Positions 10,957-19,616 of a DNA stretch of 42,145 nt are shown here, one piece after another. Source of the stretch: Craspedostauros australis. Lineage: Eukaryota. The stretch is from positions 1-42,145 of the forward strand of contig JALAGF010005567.1 of assembly GCA_030167865.1 (NCBI GenBank), in the 5' to 3' direction. The notes under the pieces are model-generated. The model was not told the DNA's origin, searched no databases, and saw only the letters and a program-made list of their open reading frames with translations. A program made the translations under genes and the position numbers. Position 1 is the first letter of the stretch; each line of letters starts with the position of its first letter.

Positions 10957-10986
10957 CTCCACTCCACTCCACTCTACTCCACTCTA
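10957..10986. repeat. (CTCCA/CTCTA)n pentamer repeat
   Basis: ctccactccactccactctactccactcta. Confidence 0.7.
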
Positions 10987-11179
10987 ATCTACGTACATGT
11001 CACCCACTGCACGACCGAGGAGAGAAATACAGTCGGGTGGTCTGCACTCGGCTTCGTACAATAGGATTATAATAATATAATTGAAACAACGGAGTACGAG
11101 TACTTCAACGAAGGCAAAAGACAGCGCTGCTTGCGATTCTCCTCCCCCAGAGGAATGCTCTGACATTCACCGTCGCGCT

Positions 11180-12265
11180 TCAATTCGTTGCCCCACGCAA
11201 ACGAATCGCGCGCACGCCAGAATCTGTCAGGCAGTAGTTGATCACCTGTAGCCGATTGCTGCTGCTGTCGTTCGCTTCGTTGGAAACGTTCCAACCTCTG
11301 CCACCTGGAACTTCCGTGAACACCAATCGGCCATGCGCCTCTCGAGAGTAACCACTCGCCAATGCAGCCACGTCGATGACGCCGTCCACGATCTCGGACA
11401 CAGCACGCTCCCAGCACAAAATGGATCGCAACCGCGATGTCGTGTTGGTGATGTCAGGGTGGGTTGGGCCACCGCCACCGATCCATCCGAGGTTGAGCGT
11501 TGTCGCATTCGAACTGCCGCTGTTCTCCTTCTCCTGCTGTCTCGCAAGCCGCTGATCCACATCGGCGGAGCATCGAATCAGCACACCGAATGGCGCCGTG
11601 CGCGTTTTGGTAGCGTGCGCCACAATGGATTGCAGGAACTGGAACGTCAATCGACTTCCAACCAGGTTGGCCAATGCTGTGCAATCATCGATGATCAGCC
11701 AGTTCGGATAATCTCTGACTCCCTCATCGGCATCATTACCATCACCATCATTATCGTTCATTGTGGATGGGTCTACCGATTGATTCTGCGACCATCGCTT
11801 GACGTCCCTGTAGACGTGCTTCATGAAATCCTCTGCATCCCACTTGGGGATGTCAGGAGCATCCGTATTTCCGGGCGTATCGTCGTTGGCCGGTATATCA
11901 TGCTGCTGCGCCATCCATTCCGCAATCTCCGCAGCCAAACTTCTGATCTGAAACGTCTCCTGCGAGTCGTCGTCGTGGCTGGTGCGGCTGGATCGCACTG
12001 CGCTGCCGCAACGCCGCAAGTAAGATGTTGCCGCATCGCATCCAATCTTGCGCAACCCCGTTGCGATTTGCGCTGGCGTTGTGGGGCTGCCAGACACCCA
12101 CAGCACGCGCTGCTTCGTGCTGCGTTTCGTCGTCGATTTCAGCACCTGGCTCGCGAAGGTGTGCAACAGGAACCGACCGTCCGCATCGATGGAGTCGTAA
12201 ATGACGACCGATCTTGGGCACGAAGGTGAGAGCGGCAGCGTGTGATCAAGCGGAATGGAGTTCAT
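11180..12265 (-). CDS. ELP6: Elongator complex subunit 6-like (RecA-like fold), 361 aa
   Basis: VVIYDSIDADGRFLLHTF, LRKIGC, LIIDD, IDVAALASGYSREAHGRL and INYCLTDSGV match the ELP6 pattern. Confidence 0.75.
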   Translation of the reverse strand: MNSIPLDHTLPLSPSCPRSVVIYDSIDADGRFLLHTFASQVLKSTTKRSTKQRVLWVSGSPTTPAQIATGLRKIGCDAATSYLRRCGSAVRSSRTSHDDDSQETFQIRSLAAEIAEWMAQQHDIPANDDTPGNTDAPDIPKWDAEDFMKHVYRDVKRWSQNQSVDPSTMNDNDGDGNDADEGVRDYPNWLIIDDCTALANLVGSRLTFQFLQSIVAHATKTRTAPFGVLIRCSADVDQRLARQQEKENSGSSNATTLNLGWIGGGGPTHPDITNTTSRLRSILCWERAVSEIVDGVIDVAALASGYSREAHGRLVFTEVPGGRGWNVSNEANDSSSNRLQVINYCLTDSGVRAIRLRGATN

Positions 12266-13252
12266 GGTGAGTTAGTGTCTCGTGTGTGCGACGGAACAGC
12301 ACAAGGATGGATGCAAGCTCCTTTCTCTCTCATTGTCGTTGTTGTGTGTTTCTGTGGTTTCGTTTCCGATGGGATTCACCCAAGTTCGTCACATGAGAGA
12401 TAGGGTTTCTCAAAAGTTGTCTTCACCCATCAGTCGTGTTCCTCATTTGTGAGGCAGCAAATGTCAAAGAAGTATGTTTGTGCCATGCTTTCATTGCGCG
12501 AACAAGCTATGCTCTCCTCGCTCACTCACCCACTCGCTCCTACCGCACTATCACAACCAATGATCCCTATCCCATCCCTTCATGAGTATTCGTGAGATTT
12601 GGTGCCGTTCACTGTATTTGTTCTGAGAGGAGATCCTGAACAGAGGCGATGGGTATCGTCGGACTCTCTCCCTCCCTCTCTATCCGTAGAGGGTTGGTCT
12701 ATCTTCCGTGATGCTGGCTAGACACCACTTCCTCACCGTCTGTCCGGTCGTGCGGCGATGTTGAAACACAACAATCACCAACAACAACAACGACCAACGC
12801 AAACACACACGCACACGCAGTGATGGCAAAACATCAGCCTCCTCCCGATTCGGCCGCGCTCAGCCCACACATGCACCAAGAGAGAAGAACGAAACGAAAC
12901 ATACCGAAACGAAAGGAGAGACAAGGAAGACAGGCAGAGGCGCTCAAACAGGGATCAAACACAAGAGAATAAGACAGCGATAACAGCACCATAGGCAACA
13001 ACATTGGAAAACAACAAGCAGAAGAAGCGTCACGATCAGAGTAGAAGAACATCGAGACCTACCATCATTCATCCACGTTTCGCTCTTTGACTGACTACTG
13101 GCAACAGCCATCCGCCATCGATCATCAACCCGCACTTCCGTCGTCATCATCTATCGTACGTGACGGAAACAAAGCCTACCACATTACCGCACTGCAAATT
13201 CACATCAACATCGACATCATCCTTACCACTACACCAGTATTCAACAGCCAAC

Positions 13253-14202
13253 ATGTCAGCATTGAGAGCATCGATCAAGGAAGAAATTGAAGAGGGCCCC
13301 ATCCCGCTGAATTCGAGGTGGACCATCTGGTTTGACAACCCCAAGCTGGGCGACCCCAACAAGGCATGGAAAGACAACTTGGTGAACTGCGGCACCTTCG
13401 ACACCATCGAGGACTTCTGGAGGATCTTCAACAACCTCAAACCAGCGAACCGACTTTCTCTGAGCTCGAATTACCACGTCTTCCGAGAAGGTGTGGTGCC
13501 CATGTGGGAGGACCCTGCCAACGAGAATGGTGGCAAGTTCGTGCTGACGATGCCCAAGAAGGACTCGCAGAGCGGCAAGATCGATGAATGGTGGTTGTTC
13601 ACCGTGCTCGCCATCGTCGGCGAGACGTTGGACATGGACGGTGATGAGGTGTGCGGCGCGGTGGTGTCCATCCGCCGAGGGCAGGATCGCATAGCGCTGT
13701 GGCTCAAGAGCAACAACAAGGACCGATGCACGGAGATCGGAGCGCGTTGGAAGAAGTGTCTGGAAATGAATCGCACCATTCTGAAATTTCAAGAGCACAA
13801 GGCTGGTACGTCGAAGAATCTGAGAGTTGATTCCTCACTCATGCTGGACTCGTTTGCTTGTTTGCTTGTTTGCTTGTTCATCGTGAGGTTCCTGCGCGTT
13901 TTCACTGTGGGCAGCCATGCATCGCTTGTGGCCGATGCTGCATCATACTCGTACATCGCACTTGTTTGCGTGCGAGCACTACCATGCGTGCACTTGATTT
14001 GTTGCCGTCTTCTCATGCACCAAAGTCTCTCACCTGCTCTCCTCGCCTCATCTTTCATTCTCTCCATCCGAATATCATTCATTCGCATCGTTCATGCATA
14101 CATTCATTCACGAACAAAACCATACCTTGGTAATTCCTTGTCCCATACACAGCTGCAAACAGCGGAAGATCATTTGGGAATAAATCCACATTCGAGGTGT
14201 AG
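13253..14202 (+). CDS. eIF4E: Translation initiation factor eIF4E (class I-like), 200 aa; exons 13253-13805, 14153-14202
   Basis: PLNSRWTIWFD, AWKDNL, FDTIEDFW, YHVFREGVVPMWEDPANENGG, VCGAVVSIR, DRIALW. GT..AG intron 13806-14152 gives a normal C-terminus ...HKAAANSGRSFGNKSTFEV*. Confidence 0.93.
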
Positions 14203-15047
14203 CATCATGACAACAACGAAGGGCAACAAGAGAAAGAAGAATACGCAGCCGTTGTGCATTCGCGTCGACTGCTCCAATTTATGTGTGCAACCTTAAGCAT
14301 GGCATCAACAAGAACAGCTACTCTCCGTCCATACCATATCATCCTTGCTAGTTTAGTATAATATGATCATATCCATGCTGACGTATCATCCACCCGACTG
14401 CGATGAGATTTGTGTCTCCAAGAGTAGAGCGAGTTGACGAGCTATTGTTGCAACACTCTTCGCCTGTCACATTGCTGGTGTATCACACTGATATGCTGCG
14501 CTATGATACGAATACAGCGATATTTGACATGAATCGACTGCAACATGTATGGCATGATCTGACGAATGTTGGCTCATCGAACCAATGCATGTCCACAGTC
14601 ATCACATTGGGAGGCGAAATGTCGACAGACTCGTATTACTGAGTGGAATGATCCGTTCAGTCGAGTTGATCACTTCGACCAACTTCACGCAATCACGTTG
14701 TTGGAATCGAACTTTGTGACGTGCATTTGTGCGCGTGGAAACCAATGCAAAAAATGAGCTGGGACAACTCATCAGCGCAGAAAACCAAGCACAGGCGAAA
14801 AATCAAGTTCAACAAGTCAGACGAGAACCTGTTCTGCTTCGCACCAAGACCGCCGCCACCAAACAGCACAGTGTTCTCCCCCATCGCCTCTTTGTCCACA
14901 ATCCAGAGCGATCCTAAGAGTACGATCACACGATCCTACACCACAACTGTATCACCCTTCCACCTTCATCTTTTCCAAGGGTTCCCGCACTTCCATTTCT
15001 CAGATCGTAGTTACCTCTCGTGCTATACTTCAAACCTTTCAATCAAG

Positions 15048-16763
15048 ATGAGGTTCAGTGTCGCCATCGCCGCGATCTTGGGCGCAACATCGGCAGTCCA
15101 TGCGTTCATTCCGGTCGCCCCACAGTTTCACCGTGTTGCCAAGAGCGTGCAATCCAATCATGATGATCGCAGTGCAAGAACCGATTCGGTGATCCCAATG
15201 TCATCATCACGATTCTCTTCGAACTTTGGAGCTGGCGGCAGCAGCGGCGGCGGCAACGGACGACGAGCCAAGAAGACAGTGGCAGATCGAACACCAGAGG
15301 AAGCCGTCAGCCTGATCCGCGACATCATCAAGGCAGTTGTGGAGGCGGGCCCTCGTGCCGGACCGGCCCGATCGTTGCAGGCCTACCTCGCCTTGACCCG
15401 TACCGTGCAGGAGTTCTTGCCGCGCCCAGGACAACGCACACCACCCGAATTCTCCGCACCAAAGGCATTGCGCGTCCTGTTCGAAAGGCTCGGCGCTACC
15501 TACGTCAAGCTGGGGCAGTTCATTGCATCCAGCCCCACTCTTTTCCCCAAGGAATACGTCGTTGAGTTCCAGAAATGCCTCGATTCCACCGACCCCGTCG
15601 ACTGGTCCATCATCAAGCGCGTCATCGAGTCCGAGATCGGCCCAATTTCCAACACTTTTTCCCACATCGATAGCACACCCCTCGCCTCCGCCAGCATCGC
15701 ACAGGTCCACGCCGCCACCTTGCAATCCACAGGCGAGGAGGTGGTGATCAAGGTGCAAAAACCAGGGACGGATCAGACCCTCACCGCCGATCTCGGCTTC
15801 ATCTTTGTGACATCGCGCGTGCTAGAATTCCTGCAACCCGATTGGGAGCGGACGTCGCTGTCGGCCATCGCAGGTGACATCCGCGCCTCGATGCTGGAGG
15901 AGCTGGACTTTGAGAAGGAGGCCCGCAACACGCAGGAATTTCGCAAGTTCCTGGCCGACAACAAGCTGCTCAACGTCGCGATGGCGCCCAAAGTGATCCG
16001 TGCCACGCGCAAGGTCTTCATCATGGAACGTCTGAACGGCATCAGCATGCTCGACGAGGAAACGCTTGTCAAGGCCAAGAAGGACCCAGAGGTCGGACAG
16101 CGCGCCATCATCACGGCGTTGAACATCTGGACGCAATCGGTCAGCCAAATGCCATGGTTCCACGCCGATGTGCACGCCGGAAATTTGCTGCTGTGCGACG
16201 ACGGACGTGTCGGATTCATCGACTTTGGCATTGTGGGACGCGTCAGCGATCGCACCTTCCAGGCCGTCAACGAGCTCAGCATAGCGCTGACGCTGGCCGA
16301 TTATCCCGGTATGGCGCGGGCGCTGTGCAACATGGGCGCCACCGATGCCGAGGTGGACGTGGAGAAGTTCGGCAAGGACATTGAGACGTTGATGACGCGC
16401 ATGAATTCCGTGCAGCCGGACATCGCGGTGGCGGTCATGGCCGACGGCACCGTGGCGGGGTCCATCAATTTCGATGAGAATGAAGTCACGAATCTGTTGC
16501 TCGAGATGGTGGAAGTCACGGAAGACAACGGATTGAAGCTACCGCGCGAATTTGGATTGCTGGTGAAGCAGAGTCTGTACTTTGATCGGTACCTGAAGAT
16601 CCTGGCACCCGAGCTGGATGTCATGAACGATGACAGAGTTTCAGGGATTGGCGGCGATGGTGCGGCCTCCGAAGCATCGGCGGCCTTGCCCGCCGTGAAC
16701 GGCACCGGCAGCTCGCCAACGGCCAACGGAGATGACAAGGAGGACGTCGTCATTGATGTGTAG
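15048..16763 (+). CDS. Plastid ABC1/UbiB atypical kinase, 571 aa
   Basis: Bipartite presequence MRFSVAIAAILGATSAVHA/FIP. ABC1 motifs LGATYVKLGQ, PLASASIAQVHAA, VVIKVQKP, EELDFEKEA, FHADVHAGN, IDFGIVG. Confidence 0.92.
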   Translation: MRFSVAIAAILGATSAVHAFIPVAPQFHRVAKSVQSNHDDRSARTDSVIPMSSSRFSSNFGAGGSSGGGNGRRAKKTVADRTPEEAVSLIRDIIKAVVEAGPRAGPARSLQAYLALTRTVQEFLPRPGQRTPPEFSAPKALRVLFERLGATYVKLGQFIASSPTLFPKEYVVEFQKCLDSTDPVDWSIIKRVIESEIGPISNTFSHIDSTPLASASIAQVHAATLQSTGEEVVIKVQKPGTDQTLTADLGFIFVTSRVLEFLQPDWERTSLSAIAGDIRASMLEELDFEKEARNTQEFRKFLADNKLLNVAMAPKVIRATRKVFIMERLNGISMLDEETLVKAKKDPEVGQRAIITALNIWTQSVSQMPWFHADVHAGNLLLCDDGRVGFIDFGIVGRVSDRTFQAVNELSIALTLADYPGMARALCNMGATDAEVDVEKFGKDIETLMTRMNSVQPDIAVAVMADGTVAGSINFDENEVTNLLLEMVEVTEDNGLKLPREFGLLVKQSLYFDRYLKILAPELDVMNDDRVSGIGGDGAASEASAALPAVNGTGSSPTANGDDKEDVVIDV

Positions 16764-17006
16764 AGTGTGGAGCAGAACGTAACATACGAGTATACAGTTG
16801 ACAATGATGCGCTCTACACTCGTGCATACTCCACCATACATCTACAAGTCGGTGCGAAGGAGTGACAGCAGGTTCCACCATTGCATTGTGCTTGGAATCG
16901 GCATATACTTCTTGCTGCTCTAGAGTGTGCTAGTGTGTATGCATGTTACTCTTAGTCCAAGCAGGAAGGCGTTCCAAAGTGCGATTATTGCATGGTACGC
17001 GTACAT

Positions 17007-17600
17007 TTACAGTCCACCACCCGAATGTCCACCATCAAAGTCTTCATCAGGAGCGATACTGACGGTCAATCCCTGTCGCTGCAGTCCCAGGCAGAACTGC
17101 TCCGCCTGCTTCTTCCACGTCTTCGTGACTGTCGCCTTGCCGATGCCGTGCGTTTGGACGCAAATCTCGAAGGATGCCTTACGATCCAGCGTTCCCACCA
17201 CCTTGCACAGACTTCGAATGACGTAATTGAAGGTGTGCACTTCGTCGTTGTGCAGGACCACGCGCCACATCTCCTCCTTCTTCTTTTCTTCCGCGGCCTG
17301 GCTCTGGATCTTGTCAATCACTTGCACTCCCTTCTTGGTCGTCTTGCTGCGTTCTTTGTCGGACATGTACAGCCGGGTGGATGAATGAGCTGCCGGCTGA
17401 GCGGTTGCCGCTTCTGACTGGAACATGAATGCATTGTTCATACTGTTGCTGTTGATGCCAATGCTGCTGGTGTACGATTGCTGCGCTGGGGTGATTCTGT
17501 TTGATGTGTGCGACGATGGCACGGACACCGAGAAAGCCGATGTCATGGTTGCCAGCGCGAGGATGGCGCCGACGATTGGGAGGATCGTTGATCGCATCAT
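17007..17600 (-). CDS. clpS: Plastid ClpS N-degron adaptor, 197 aa
   Basis: Presequence MMRSTILPIVGAILALATMTSA/FSV. ClpS core WRVVLHNDEVHTFNYV...THGIGKATV...AEQFCLGLQRQGLTVSIAP. Confidence 0.9.
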   Translation of the reverse strand: MMRSTILPIVGAILALATMTSAFSVSVPSSHTSNRITPAQQSYTSSIGINSNSMNNAFMFQSEAATAQPAAHSSTRLYMSDKERSKTTKKGVQVIDKIQSQAAEEKKKEEMWRVVLHNDEVHTFNYVIRSLCKVVGTLDRKASFEICVQTHGIGKATVTKTWKKQAEQFCLGLQRQGLTVSIAPDEDFDGGHSGGGL

Positions 17601-17741
17601 CTTTTCTTCTCGTTTGTCAAGTATTCGAGAGTTTTTCTGTTGATGCCGTTGCTGCTGCTGCTGCTGCTTCTTGCGCCCAAGTATTCCGAATCGTGCTAGT
17701 GTGTATGTATCGTAATTGTGATCGAGTCTTCCCCCTGCAGG

Positions 17742-17775
17742 TGATGATGATGATGATGATGATGATGACGATGAT
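17742..17775. repeat. (TGA)n microsatellite upstream of clpS
   Basis: About eight TGA units followed by degenerate units. Confidence 0.8.
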
Positions 17776-18642
17776 GTTGGTGCGTGGATGCAGGCGCAAC
17801 GAAGTTTGGATTCGTGAAACATCATCAGATGATCGGAACGTCGACGTATGTTTTGGTTGGCTTTTTGGAGGACAAAAGCCAACAACGAGAAAACCTGCAA
17901 AACCCCAACAAACACGTGGAAGCGGAAATGAGAGAAAGTTGAAGCACATTTCGTTCCAAGTACTCGAATGGACTCACACGACACGATGACTGATGTCAAT
18001 GTTCTCTGCTGTTCTTCGAAACCACCAGACTGACAAGGACAGATCTTTTACCGGATGCATAGTATTTTTGGACGTGATGAGTCTGGAAGGCGTCCGAGGA
18101 ACACATTCGAACCACGTTTGAGCGCTTCTCTTTCACAGACGCGAAAGAAAAACGAGAACCACGATGAGCAGAGAAAGCGAACAACCAACCAGGGCGAACC
18201 TTCTCACACATCTTCTCGCGATCGCATAATGAATGATATCATCGTCGCAACTCTTTCTTGCTTGGTTGCCTCCCTTACCACCTATTCCGTGCACACTCTG
18301 AACTGTATTCTTGCTCGTCTGTGTGTCCTGAGAAGGTACGAAGTGTGTTTCGCATGACAGGAGCCAAAGTTTCAATGTCTCTCCTCAACAATAGATTCGA
18401 TCAAAGCAAGCAAGCAAGCAAGGAGGTGACTGGTTGGTTGGTTGGTTGGTTGGTTGGAAGAGACACGCTTGGCACAGGGTGCTCCATTCGAGCAGCCAGG
18501 GGTGCGCATTGCATCACATCGCATCGCATCGCAGTGCAGCGTTGTAGTTCCAGAAAATGCCGGCGAAAAGCGGGCATCCATAAACCTGATTGAAGGAGAT
18601 CATAAAATCCAATCATCAACAACCAAAACAGTCACAGCCACC

Positions 18643-19392
18643 ATGAAGTTCTCCACCGCCATCGCCACCTTCGCCATCCTCGCCATGGACCATGCTCCAT
18701 TGACCAACGCTGTCAAGCTGGACCTCATCGAAGGTGCTGCGGGCACCCATGCAGCACACAACACCGTCCTCAAGCATACCAAGTCCAACGACAATGGCAG
18801 CGACAGCAGCAGCGCCAAGAAGACGAAGGAGGAGGTACTCAACGACATTGTCTTCGGAAAGATGTACGAATCGCCTCTCGATGCGACCTTCTCTCATGTG
18901 AAGGGCACCCTCACTCCACGGGACAATCGCGTCGTCCAGGCCACTCTCGTATCGGCTTTCAACCAGATCAAGCCCGCTGGCGACGACACGGAGGTGGACG
19001 GAGTTTCCATCCAATCGGAGACCGTGGAAAGTGACAGCTTCATCGCCAATCCACTCCGAGCCATTGCGTCGGCCGCCGGACTCCCCTTTCCCAACTGGGC
19101 GGCACTCGAGATGTACTTGGAATTCCGTTGCTTCACTGTGAACTACGACGATGATGGCTTCGACGACGACTGGTGCGTCGGCCTTGGCACGGACTCGGGC
19201 GCCTGCAAAGCGGGTAAGAAAGTCAAGAATCTTGCCGTCACCGATGAGGACGAAAGCTCCTTGAACAAGGCTGTGCCAAAGATGGATGACGAGATGGTGG
19301 CGATGGTGGAGGAAGCTTGGTGCATGATGATGCGTGTCAGCGGGTCCCCTCGTCTCGTCGAAGTCAAGGATTGCAAGATCACCTTCAAGTAG
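18643..19392 (+). CDS. Secreted protein of unknown function, 249 aa
   Basis: Signal peptide MKFSTAIATFAILA, coding-like GC3 bias, AC-rich leader ending in CCACCATG, Cys/Asp-rich C-terminal half. Confidence 0.8.
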   Translation: MKFSTAIATFAILAMDHAPLTNAVKLDLIEGAAGTHAAHNTVLKHTKSNDNGSDSSSAKKTKEEVLNDIVFGKMYESPLDATFSHVKGTLTPRDNRVVQATLVSAFNQIKPAGDDTEVDGVSIQSETVESDSFIANPLRAIASAAGLPFPNWAALEMYLEFRCFTVNYDDDGFDDDWCVGLGTDSGACKAGKKVKNLAVTDEDESSLNKAVPKMDDEMVAMVEEAWCMMMRVSGSPRLVEVKDCKITFK

Positions 19393-19616
19393 GCGCCTCT
19401 ACTCCTCCACACCAGCACTCCACCATGAACATTCCACGACACTCTGCAAGCATCGCGACAGCATCGCAGAAGAGGCATAGCGGAACATGATTCAGATGAG
19501 ATAGCAATCAAACCACTTGTACAGCAGACAACTTGTAATCGACAACTCTAGAGAGAGCAGTAGCTAATGTGCAATCACTCCGCTCCAGCCAAGGCAGCAC
19601 TGCTGTTGCTCCTGCT

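Noticed and set aside
11333..12229. Long antisense ORFs (also 19729-20559, 29233-30027, 36869-37723)
   Set aside because: They are shadows of GC3-rich genes on the opposite strand and carry no independent motifs.
12601..12660. TPP riboswitch-like words (GGTGC..CTGAGA..CCTGAACAG)
   Set aside because: The P2 3' strand, the GAA before CCTGA and the TAATxxxxGCGxAGGGA half are missing, and neither flanking gene is thiamine-related.
9086..17600. Plastid lipid/proteostasis gene cluster (VTE6-like, ABC1K, ClpS)
   Set aside because: The genes are interspersed with unrelated housekeeping genes in mixed orientation, and plastid-targeted genes are common enough for chance adjacency.
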